Position numbers and translations under genes: made by a program
NCBI GenBank assembly: GCA_963924565.1
Contig: OZ004610.1
Coordinates: 7,502,001 to 7,566,000, forward strand
Direction of reading: 5' to 3'
From: Ascidiella aspersa
Lineage: Eukaryota
Length of the DNA stretch: 64,000 bases
Notes under the pieces: model-generated
What the model saw: only the letters and a program-made list of their open reading frames with translations
What the model was told of the DNA's origin: nothing
The model's database searches: none
Shown: positions 26,741 to 37,169 of the stretch, piece by piece
How positions within the stretch are numbered: the first letter of the stretch is position 1
Layout: the number at the start of each line of letters is the position of its first letter

Positions 26741-27463
26741 CAATATTATTGGTGCTAATCGCTCTGTTCATCATGTTGAAATTGTATAAAAAGGTTTGTC
26801 GACATTTTATTCGAGCTTAAGGCCTCCTCCATGAACTTTTACCCACGACTGGATTCATTTTTCTAGCTTTGTCTTGCTTATGTGACAATCCTATACCCAC
26901 ATAAGTGGTGAAGTATCATAGTTATTCACGTATAGATAAACACCCACCGTAATATTCAACATGAGCTGTCATCATTGCGTTACACAATGAACCAAGCTCA
27001 CGTCATGAAATTTACCCGCCGTATGATCCTACATGTGCAAAACGTCATGATTATGTTTAGTCATAACTATAAGCTATAGCGTCGTGATTTTTTATAGTAT
27101 GATCTTAAACAAGCGAATACGATATCATATTTTGCCTACTGTAAGATCTCACAATAGCGAAACATTATACACGTCATGAACCGAAGTGACGCCACATCAC
27201 TTGTCGTAGTTGTCAGGTAAGTTCCATAAGATTATCATTTATAGTGTGTTCAAGTCTCACATGATTGTCAACCAGCATATTTGCAATGCGAACAGGTTAT
27301 TATTAAATAAAACTACATAAAGTTGCGCGGTCCGAGAATCTCTATAGAGACAGACAGTTTGAGAAACACTGCATTGGAATTCACTGCTTTAAATCCAACC
27401 GCTCACATACTTACCGACCCATACAACGAAAACGCCCAAGCAATTTGTGTTTATCTCCCACAG

Positions 27464-27713
27464 CCGGCCACCATTATTGTCCGAACCGCTACAACTGGAT
27501 CAAGAACAAGAAGATGCAGGGAGGAGACTCTTCCTCCTCCTCCTCTCACTCTCGCTCCTGTCGGCTCCCGGCTTCCCTGATGTGCGACGGCGTCGAGCAT
27601 TGTGACAACCGGACCGACGAGTGCCAGCCCGGCTGCGTGCACTCCTTCTTCTGTGACCAAGGTCAAACATGCGTGGCAAGGTCAGGCCTCTGCGACGGAC
27701 AGCCCACGTGCGC
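27464..27713 (+). CDS. LDLa-GPCR exon E
   Basis: Acceptor ctcccacag|, donor GC|gtaagt. Encodes AGHHYCPNRY...CRLPASLMCDGVEHCDNRTDEC...CDGQPTCA. Confidence 0.92.
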
Positions 27714-28049
27714 GTAAGTCGTTGTAGAAAATAAAATATTGTGAAAAATAAACTAAGGCAGATAACTAAGGTAACTAAGGTTTCTAAATCTGAAACATTT
27801 GATGACTTAAAAAACATTTTCTTTGTACGCTTTAATTTTTAATAATGGAATTTAGTGTGTTTTTAGATATCGATATCGGAATAAAAATATCGGACATCAG
27901 AAGTGCAATGTTGCTATGACTTGACTTATATTTGCAAAATACTTGACTTAGGCTTGGATGACTAGTTTACAACCCTATCTATACTATAGTTTACTCAACT
28001 GTTACCTAGCAAAGAAGATAATGCAATAAAAACGACACTCTAATTGCAG

Positions 28050-28164
28050 GGATCTGACGGACGAGCCACAGCTGGCGGTGGCCTCTCTCAACCACGCCAA
28101 GGGTTTCAAGTGTGCAGTGTCGCTTGCCATACCAAACCACACCAAAGAGTGCCTGATACCCCAG
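28050..28164 (+). CDS. LDLa-GPCR exon F
   Basis: Acceptor ctaattgcag|, donor CAG|gttggt (phase 0). Completes CDGQPTCADLTDE, then GFKCAVSLAIPNHTKECLIPQ. Confidence 0.88.
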
Positions 28165-28476
28165 GTTGGTGTTATTCGTTTAGAGAAAAGCCAACTGAAT
28201 AGCGAAACGACCTGGGTTCATGCTGACCTATCGAAAAGGTTCATAGGATTTTCGAAACACGCCAATGAGCAGAGATAGTGTTTGAACTTGAAACGAATTT
28301 GTTCAATAGGGCCAAGTTTAGCTGTTATAAAAATGTCCGCTTTTAGCATTTTGCGTAACCCTATGCTGGAATGGGCCTTTTTACACGTTCCAGCTAGAGT
28401 TAGCCTATCTCAAAGAGCATGATTAGACAGAAGGGACGCGGACGTTAACAGGCCATCTACCCTATATCTATAATTC

Positions 28477-28939
28477 CAGGGGCGGCATAACAATTTTTTC
28501 AGAGATGGCGTCACAAAGTAACGTCACATAGTTACGTCATACCGTGGCGTCACAAGATTATACGTCCAAATGTGACGTTAGAAAGTTACATCTAAACGTG
28601 ACGTAATAAAAAGTAACCTTAGAAACATCACACAGTTCGTTTATTTGGTTATAGTTTTTAAATGGAGAGGTTACTTCCAATACAAAAGCTACAACGATGT
28701 AATCGATTCGCGCGAAACGCAAAACACCTTTATATCGTTTAAGTTGCCCAAGTTTAATTTTGATGTTGCGATAGGACGTACGACACAGGCTAAAACAATT
28801 TATTAAATTCGGCTAAGACGGCAACATGATGAGAAATTCCATTTAAGCAACATAAGGAGAATTTAATTTACTTATTTAAAATAGTCAAAACATTCAGTTT
28901 GGTAGGCATGGCCACGTGCCCCCTCTTAATCCGCCCTTG
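28477..28939. mobile_element. Degraded hAT-like MITE (CAGGGGCGG...ATCCGCCCTTG)
   Basis: Imperfect TIRs and internal ACGTCAC/GCGTCAC motifs. No TSD recognised. Confidence 0.45.
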
Positions 28940-30620
28940 TCATCTGATCTGATTTTTAAACCGCGAAGGGAAAGTGTTTACTGCAAAAAACTGTACGCTG
29001 TTGGCCGCCATGTTTCAAGGGCTGCTAGGCAACTATTTGCGCTGTGTTTTTACGAGTGAGCTATTGATTGACGCAAATGAGCTATTGATTGACTTAAAAT
29101 TGATTTGCTCAAATTGTATTGTCGTTTAACGCGCCTTACTGAAAAGACGAAAAACAATAATGGAAAATATACCAGCAGGCACTGTTTTAGATTGGCGCTA
29201 ATGATAATCTTATTGAGCGGTAGTTTTACCAGTATTGGAATTATTTGAGCAACGGTACAAAATATGACCGTTGTCCAGCGACTATAGAGTAGTGCGGCGT
29301 TTTACAAACCCTCAGGCCCATCAGGGGGGTACGTAGCAGTCTTCAAGGTGCCATAAACATGTCTTGGTTTACTATTAGCCTGTAAACTTTTTTTTGGTTT
29401 TGTTATGTCTTTAGAGACCTCTCTATGATGTTATTTAAAGCATTGTTCGAATTCGTGAGAAAAAGTTATTTTTACGACTGACTTTACTCTTCACTGGGTA
29501 TTAAGTCTTTCCAAAATGACTTGTTAACAACACTGCAAAATAAAGACAAGGCGTCTTTGTGATTTAACCACCCATGTTCTGGTTACTTTTAGTAATAGTA
29601 GTAAAGAACACCAAACTATATGCTTATCGGTATCACTAGCTACCATTACCATTAATACATAAAAAAAATGCAACAACAGTTACCTTTGTTCGCTCCTAGT
29701 AGAAAATTCCAAGAAACAGAATTTCTTTAGTTCCAGTAGAGCAGCTTTGGGTTTTACACTTTCACATGGCGCATTGCTGAACTGTAAAGCGCAGCTAAAC
29801 GAATTCGTCGGTGGACTGCGTTCGAGTTTTGTACGCTGATTAGATTTATCAAAAAGCATTTGCTTGCGGCTAAAGGCGGTAAAACTAAACTGAAATTAGG
29901 TTTGACTGTATTATAGGTTAATGAAAAATTCTTGAGCAGTTCTATCACAAAGTTTTTATACCACTTCGACTATATGTATTGCTACAAGTAGACCGACCAG
30001 TATAATTCAGACCGTTGGGTCTGCAAGTTCATTTGATATTGATCGTTTGCAATATACATTGCATTAAAAGTGTAAGCACTACGTTAAGACCACTTAAATC
30101 GTTATGGATGTTCAGGATAACTCAATAAGGGTCAGATAACAAACAAAGCTTAGGACTGCATCTATAAATAGACAAATTTATAAATCTGTAACTTTGTTGT
30201 ACGCTATGTGAGTAGATAGAAATCACCCTTCTGGTGTAAATGAAGGTAAAAAATGCCGTTTCGGCAGCAGATACAGCTGTACTCATCAAGGTTAATCAAT
30301 AGTTTTGTTGGTTTATTATTGTTTATCTGCTCAGCAATGCAGACTAACTTATGTTATTGCATCCAAAAGTTGGTAAATCCTTTTTAATTAAACTTCAGTA
30401 ATTGGGCAGTTGAACTGGTCTCACGTCTCCAGGGTGTTTTAAAGGTAAAAATAATTTCCTTTTCAATCGCTAATCTGTAAAAAAACTTTACAAATGGATG
30501 TTAAACCAGTACAGGACAAAATAAAATATCACCAACAAAAATTCGTTAAAAATGAAAAGCTCAAATCGTTTCCCTGACAAACACAGTGTATTGTTTTTAA
30601 ACTTGTTAACTGTACAATAG

Positions 30621-30742
30621 GAGCTGCTGATGGGCGACCCTAGGGTGGACTGTGACGATGTGAATGACACCTGCATGGCTTTAAACGGGAAAGAGTCCAA
30701 CTGTGAGCAATGCTTAACCAGCAACACGACCATCACCAAGAG
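30621..30742 (+). CDS. LDLa-GPCR exon G
   Basis: Acceptor caatag|, donor AG|gtaact; phase 0 in, phase 2 out. Encodes ELLMGDPRVDCDDVNDTCMALNGKESNCEQCLTSNTTITKS and joins exon F to exon H in frame. Confidence 0.85.
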
Positions 30743-31577
30743 GTAACTAATATCAGCTGGTTTTACAGCGGTTCAAAGTGTTTTAATCGTTTTAATGGTA
30801 TTTAACCTCTTTTTATGAATAAAAAATTGGAAAAAATGTGCATTTAAAAAAACATTTATCCCAAAATTAGCCTTAAGCAAAAAAACGCATCTTGTTTGCA
30901 TTTTCAGTTAAGGTAAATAAAACGTAGTAAGAAATACGTCGGTCAATTCGATTTTATAACCGATATGCTGGCAACCTGGCAGGCTGGCATGTTATGGATC
31001 TGATTTAAAACCATCAAGGTTACAGCGGGAAGGTGTTTTTGATCAAATTCATGTTATTTTCATTCTATTTTACATATGTTGCCTAAACAAGATAAAACAT
31101 ATAGAAGGGTTGCTTGTTGCTCGTTACATTGACTATCTGAAATGATGAAATCACCTAATACCCAAAAATGATGTAAACAGTTTGGTATAAAGTCCTTTAG
31201 AATTTAGATATATTTAAAACACAGCACGAATAACTGAAAGCACGTGGTATAGTATATGGGTTGGTTTTGAAGGTAAACATGCTACTTTGCAACGTTAAAA
31301 TGATTTATTTGGTTTCTCTTTTGGGTCGGTTTAAACTTTGAAAGGTTAAGTTGTGTAACAGCCAATTGATTAAATTGGTATAACTTTTGGTTTGGTATTT
31401 AGGTAAGTAAATCTAATCAAAGATACTATATTTATCATTAATTTAACTAGCGCAAATTTGTACTGAATAAATTGGTGTCACGTTAGTTGGTTTTGAAGAG
31501 CAAAATTTTGCGGTGTTAAAAAGCGCTTTTGAAATGACTGACAGTCCCGCCTTAGTTACCTTTTCGTTTATTTTCAG

Positions 31578-33762
31578 TCAAATCTGCGACGGCGTGTTCG
31601 ACTGCCCGGACCTTTCCGACGAGTGCTTCTGCTACGACGTGGCGCCATCGGCCATCTGCCGGCGCACCTGTTTCTCGCAACGTACCGAGCGCTGTCCGTG
31701 CGCGGTCGGCCAGGTCCCGTGCATACTCGAGACCGCCAACGCGACTGATTCATCGGCGGGAAATCGTGCCCGAAACGCCGCTGAGCAAATACAGTGCGTA
31801 GAGGTCGGGCGCTTCTGCGACGGGACGAGCGACTGCTTGAACGGCGCCGACGAAAGATTTTGCAGCGGCGGCAAAGCGGCCTCGTGCGGCGCCGGCGGCA
31901 ACTGTCACGATGACGTCACTGCCACGTCAATGATGACGTGCTCGCGCAACCGCGACACGCCTTACCTGCCCAAGTACGCGCGCGCCTGCGACGGAAAGCC
32001 GGAGTGCTTTACAATGGAGGACGAGTGCGAGGTGTGCGAGCGGCCCTTGGAGCACTGCGCCAGCCGATCGGTGGACAACATCTTCACCTGTAGCGCGGGA
32101 ACCTTACCCGGAATCCTGGTCTGCGACGGCTTCAGCAACTGTCCGGACAACAGCGACGAGCTGAACTGCCGCGATCGCTTCGTGTGCGGCGGCGGCGAGC
32201 GCTACAGCGTCGAGACGGCGCGACGCTGCGATTTCAAGGAGGACTGCGCCAACGGGACAGACGAGCGAGGTTGCGTTAACACCCATTTCTACTGCGAAGG
32301 CGGCGAACCTCCATTTGTCAACGTGCGGCGAATGTTCGACGGCAAGCAGGACTGTGACGACGGCAGCGACGAGTGCCCGACTGGGGTCTTTAACAGCTCG
32401 GTGTTCTCATCAAAAGAATACCTCATTAAGAACCACTTTCTCAAGGGCATGGTCTGGGTCATGGGCCTACTGGCGGTCGGTGGCAACGTAGCGGTTATGG
32501 TCAACACCGTTCGAAATCTTCTTAACTCGGAACGCCGCAAGTTAACCAAGGTGGCGGTAATCTACAACTGCTTGGTGCTGAATCTGTGCTGCGCCGATTT
32601 CCTAATGGGCGCCTTCCTAATCGTGCTTGGACTCAAGGACGCCCTGTCAAGCGGCAACTACTGCCACGAGGACCATTTCTGGCGTTCAGGGGCTCTCTGT
32701 TCAACGCTGGGGGTCTTGGCCGTTCTTTCAAGCGAGGTTTCGCTGATGACGCTAGCCATCTTGTCAACTTACCGAGCGTACTGCGTAATGCGACCGGTAC
32801 AGAGCCGCGTGCTTAACGTTACCACCACTATGCTGTTCGCGGCTTGCACTTGGCTAGCAGCCGGGGTTATCGCATTTTTACCGTTGTCAGGCGCTTTGCG
32901 TGACTACTTCATTTCTCACGCTTGGGTCACGCATAACCCCTACTTCAAGACAGACGTGATCGACAAGCCCGACTTTGCCGATTTCCACGTCACGCTACGC
33001 AACTACGTCAACGTGACGTCACCGCTCGAGGTTACGTCACACGCGTGCGAGCGCGCGCAAGGCGGCGCCTCGTGGCACTGCGCCGGGCCGACGTTGGCCC
33101 AGTTCGATCCGGAATTTGGCGTGGTCGGCTACTTCGGCTACTACAGCAAGCACGCCACTTGCCTGCCCAAGCTGTTCGTATCACGCGGCGACGTTGCCTG
33201 GCAGTTCTCGATCGCCGTGACGCTGCTCAACTTCCTGCTGTGCCTCTACATCGTGCTGGCCTACTGCGTCATCTGCCGCCCGCGCCAAATCAACAAGACT
33301 GCCTTCTCGAGCCAGAGCACGCGCAACATGCAGAAGAAGATCGCAGTGTTGGTGGCGTCGGACTGCGCCTGCTGGCTGCCAATATGCACCATAGCGTTCC
33401 TGTGGTTCGCTGAGGTACAAGTGTCCAGCATTGTGTACGCCATCACAGCCGTGGTGCTGCTTCCCATCAACAGCGCGCTCAACCCGCTCTTCTACTCGAA
33501 CGCGTTGCACAATCTAGGCCTAGAGCTGCTCGGTTTCGCGCGCAAAATAAATCTCAGCGGACTCTGTTTCTTTGCCGGGGGTGGCGGCAGCGGGGCCGGG
33601 GGGGAGGGGCGCGGGTCGGGCGGCGCCGGTCGGGGCGTGGACCCGGGCGGGAACCTGCTCGAGGCCACCGATTTCGAATTGCATGCGGTATCAAGGTCGG
33701 AGTCCCGACTTGTGACCGAGCACACGTTCGTCGAAGGGCCGCTGAACGAGTCGATCATTTAA
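31578..33762 (+). CDS. LDLa-GPCR terminal exon H: about 6 LDLa modules plus the complete RXFP/GRL101-like class A 7TM domain and a Gly-rich tail
   Basis: Acceptor ttattttcag| inside the 749-aa ORF. LDLa CDG..C.D.SDE motifs; hinge FSSKEYLI; TM1 GN; TM2 NLCCADFLMG; TM3 C..G.LAVLSSEVS; TM6 DCACWLP; TM7 LPINSALNPLFY; stop TAA at 33760-33762. Confidence 0.95.
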
Positions 33763-33793
33763 CGTTGCACCAAAGTCCGTGTAAAGTGAATTA

Positions 33794-34143
33794 TAGGGTC
33801 GCCCGATACCTGGTGTATTACTCCAAAACCGAATCCCGTTATTTGGAAAAAAAAAGTACCGCCGTCCGACCGATACAAAATGACTCTGCAACTATCGGTA
33901 AAAACAAACAAAAGCGTTCAAATTAAAGGTCCAACTGTCTAATTTTTTTTTATGTTTTTATGAAGACTTTTGATTTTTTGTTAAAAAGTCCTTTTATCTT
34001 CGAATTTCAAATTATTTTTCAACAGAAAACGATGTACGCTAGTTTACATAACAATGAAGGATTGACGCTGATAAAATTCGAATATCGGAAGAATATCGAT
34101 ATCATTCGCTATCGGTTCCGATTCGATATTACCGGACATCCCT
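33794..34143. mobile_element. MITE of the GATATCGG/CGGACATCCCT family, in the presumed GPCR 3' UTR
   Basis: Ends AGGGTCGCCCGATA.. / ..CCGGACATCCCT, with CCGATA/TATCGG motifs. Related fragments at about 10280, 24800, 25140, 25850, 27870, 48220 and 60200. Confidence 0.5.
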
Positions 34144-35904
34144 TATATCCAGCGGTTATTACAGCATACTCATGGTGAAAAGCTGTTTCTTTTTTAACCG
34201 CACTATTATACTGGTGCAAAGTTGGCTGTATAGGTCCTTTGTTATTAGAACCAAAATCGCACCCCTTTTGAACTGTTTCAATATTTTTAAGGGATGGCTG
34301 CTTAATGTTTCAAAGCGATTAGTGGTTGTTTCTAGGATAAACCATGACAAAACATTCAAAGAAAATCGGTTTAAAGTTCGTTACAAAGACTGGTCACTAA
34401 GGAATGATTTGACAAAAAGTTAGACTGCGCTGTTTTAAAGTACATCCGCAGTTCAAAACTATCATCCCACCGGCTGCCTTTTTCTGCGTCGGTTTTTGGG
34501 AGCATCCGTGACTGTAGCGTGTTCTTTGATGTACGACTTTGGTGATGTTGTTATGTGCCTGTCGCTGTCGTGATCGCTTGTTCGCCTCGAAGTTAGAGCG
34601 AGGTGATTTTTTAAGTTTACTAAAAATTCCACTCTTAACATAAGTTCCCTTTGAAACCTGATCAATCGATTAACCCAGGTTTTCTTTCGTTCTAGTCCAG
34701 TGACTGTTAAACAAGTTACCTTACTGTCCCCTTTTGACTTAGGTATTTAATAGATAACCCATTAAAGTTTTTTTTCTTGTCAGTTTGGAATTTTGGATAG
34801 GCATTGTTTGTAAATATAGGTTAGACATTTAATCCTGAAAAGTATTCTAGTAAACATTACAGGGGAGTTAAAAGATTTCAAAGCAGTTCTTATTTACCTT
34901 GCGATTGCACACAAAAATTGTAGTTATACACGCTTGAAATTTCGACTGATTTTTGTGAATGCTGTCATGCGTGATCCTGTCAAACTGCACTGTATTTAAG
35001 TATGTTGCAAAATATTTTTTCCAACGATTTTTGCACATCATTGCAATTCGCAGCACCGCAAATGGGTTGTCCTGTTTCTCAACCTTTTTTTCGCTGCGAC
35101 ACAAATGTTAGGCGTAAGCAAACGAGCGAAGCTTTGGCGACGGTTTTTCTAAACTGATTTTTTTGTATGCGAACTCAATATAAGACAAATAGTAGATTTC
35201 GAACTTAATTATTATACGCCATGTCTTTGCATTTTTACGCCGCTTTTCTACGTTTTAGAGATATTTAAACCAATCCCACCAAAATCTAACCATACTGTAA
35301 ACTACCGCCACTCGGGAGGCCCAGCCAAATTGAACGGCGTCTCAATTTGGTCCATAGGTTGAGAAACACTGCCCTAAACCGTTCCAAGCGTTCTTGACAT
35401 TATAAGGCAGCTCGGCATGGTTCAGTTCTTCAGTTGTGTTTATCTTCTTCAAACATTTTTCTTCATTTTGACTGCTCGCAGTGTTGTTTTGTCATATGCC
35501 CCCCGCTACTGTGATTCGTCGACTTACCAACAAGCTGTCATCGTTGTACGAGATATGCATTCGATTTTATTATTTTTCCGCCAGGCATTTGCATGAGTTT
35601 TTTCACGCACTCAGTTGTCGGAAACCGGCTATCAAAACTTTAAGTTAACAAATTCAAAAACAATGGTTCACGCTATAAATCTTGTTATAGCGCCGTGACC
35701 CAAACCCCTCCCTTCCCCCTAAATCAAAGGTTTGGGAAAACGCCTTAACTGGGAGTCTCTAAGGTGATACAAGTTAGGAAAATGCATCGGAGCAGAAATT
35801 CTATGTACAATGTAAAAATATCAATTTAGAGAAAAATTATGCAGATTAAGTAAAACTATCTTTAAAATTGCACCATTATTCGGTCCGCACGTTAGGTGGA
35901 CATC

Positions 35905-35910
35905 TTTATT
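35905..35910 (-). terminator. Candidate polyadenylation signal AATAAA for the minus-strand gene
   Basis: First minus-strand AATAAA (plus-strand tttatt) that I found downstream of the stop codon at 36732. Confidence 0.35.
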
Positions 35911-36731
35911 CATGCTAAGGGCAGAGAAAACATATGTGAGGTTATGACAGGTATAAGGTATATTATAGTGTTAAAAAGAACTTGGTATACCAGGCAACAA
36001 TATCAAAAGTTCTCAATGTTAAATATGGGTTTGCAAAAGTAAAAATAAAAATAATTTGTATTAACCGATCGACATAAAACATTCAAACAAAAGTTAAGGT
36101 AGACCTAATAAAGGTAGCTTCGTATAAAGATATAATGACAAATTTGTTGATTTGTAGATTTCTTTAAAACAGATTTGTGTCAAATGTTAGATAATGTACC
36201 CATTTTACTGGGAACTAAGCTTGTAAAACTTCCGATTAAATTATTTAACATTGGTTGTGAAAAATGACTGAAGTAGCTCTTCTAATTTTTGTTATAAATA
36301 AGGTGTTGCTAAGTTCCATTGTCAGGTAATTTGACTAAACGTCAAGTCAAAATGAGCCATTGTCAGTCCAAAAATCTAAAAAAAACAACGAACAACAAAC
36401 TTTTCCTCCGAGCAACCGACTAGGGATGTAAACCAGTCAATAACTTTTACAGGTAGTGCTTAACCAAACAAAATTAATCGTTTCCTAACGTTCTAAATCA
36501 GCGAACGCTAAATTTTTGAGCTACCTTTTGTATAAAAAATACAAAAATTTACATGCACATACTTTCAAACTAGTTAGAAGAAAAGTAAGTATTTCAGCTT
36601 TAGATAGTAGAAAAATGCGGTTCATAAGGCAAAACGATTTAAAGAACGATTGACGAAGCAAGCGCTTGATTCAAAATGTTGGTAAACCATCTTTAAAGCA
36701 AGTTAAACACGCTTCAAGTCAGCCAATTGGG

Positions 36732-36848
36732 TTAAAACTTGGTTTCGTCTTCAAATCGATATTGGTTCGACTGTGTTTGGTCGTCCTCGTACGGTGTAAT
36801 GCCGTTGTTAATCCGCTCCTCGTCTTCAGGGCTAAGTTCGGCCGACTG
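36732..36848 (-). CDS. Orphan type I membrane glycoprotein, last coding exon (QSAELSPEDEERINNGITPYEDDQTQSNQYRFEDETKF*)
   Basis: Acceptor cccttttttcag| with a NAGNAG alternative 3 nt downstream; phase 0. Acidic tail ending T-K-F then TAA. Confidence 0.82.
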   Translation of the reverse strand, partial: QSAELSPEDEERINNGITPYEDDQTQSNQYRFEDETKF

Positions 36849-36887
36849 CTGAAAAAAGGGTGCAATTCAGTCTGTAGTGGTGGCTGG

Positions 36888-37169
36888 TAGTGCCGGATTA
36901 ACCATTAGGCTACTAAGGCTATAGCCTTAGGCTTGAGACCTTGACAAAATCGGCCCTTAGTTTTTTTAAGGGTAAATTTTTTTTAAGGCTGATGGTGATA
37001 TAGATCCGGTATCAGTACAGTGCAGTTTTTGCTTAAAAACGAATGACTAAGTCGAGTCAATGTGTGCCTGGTGTGTGAGTAGAAAAATAAATCGTTTCAT
37101 TCATGCTGTCAAATTAGGCCCTCCTCTAGTAATCAGCCTTAGGACTACAGTACCCTTAATCCGACCCTG
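36888..37169. mobile_element. hAT (Tip100-like TIR) MITE
   Basis: TIRs TAGTGCCGGATTAA / TTAATCCGACCCTG. Perfect 8-bp TSD GTGGCTGG at 36880-36887 and 37170-37177. Confidence 0.85.

Noticed and set aside
31513-31577. N-terminal 22 codons of the 749-aa ORF
   Set aside because: Intronic: GTG start and a polypyrimidine tract ending in the acceptor at 31577.
31632-33891. Antisense and alternate-frame ORFs over the GPCR exon (and likewise over exons A, C, D and E)
   Set aside because: Shadows of GC-rich coding sequence.
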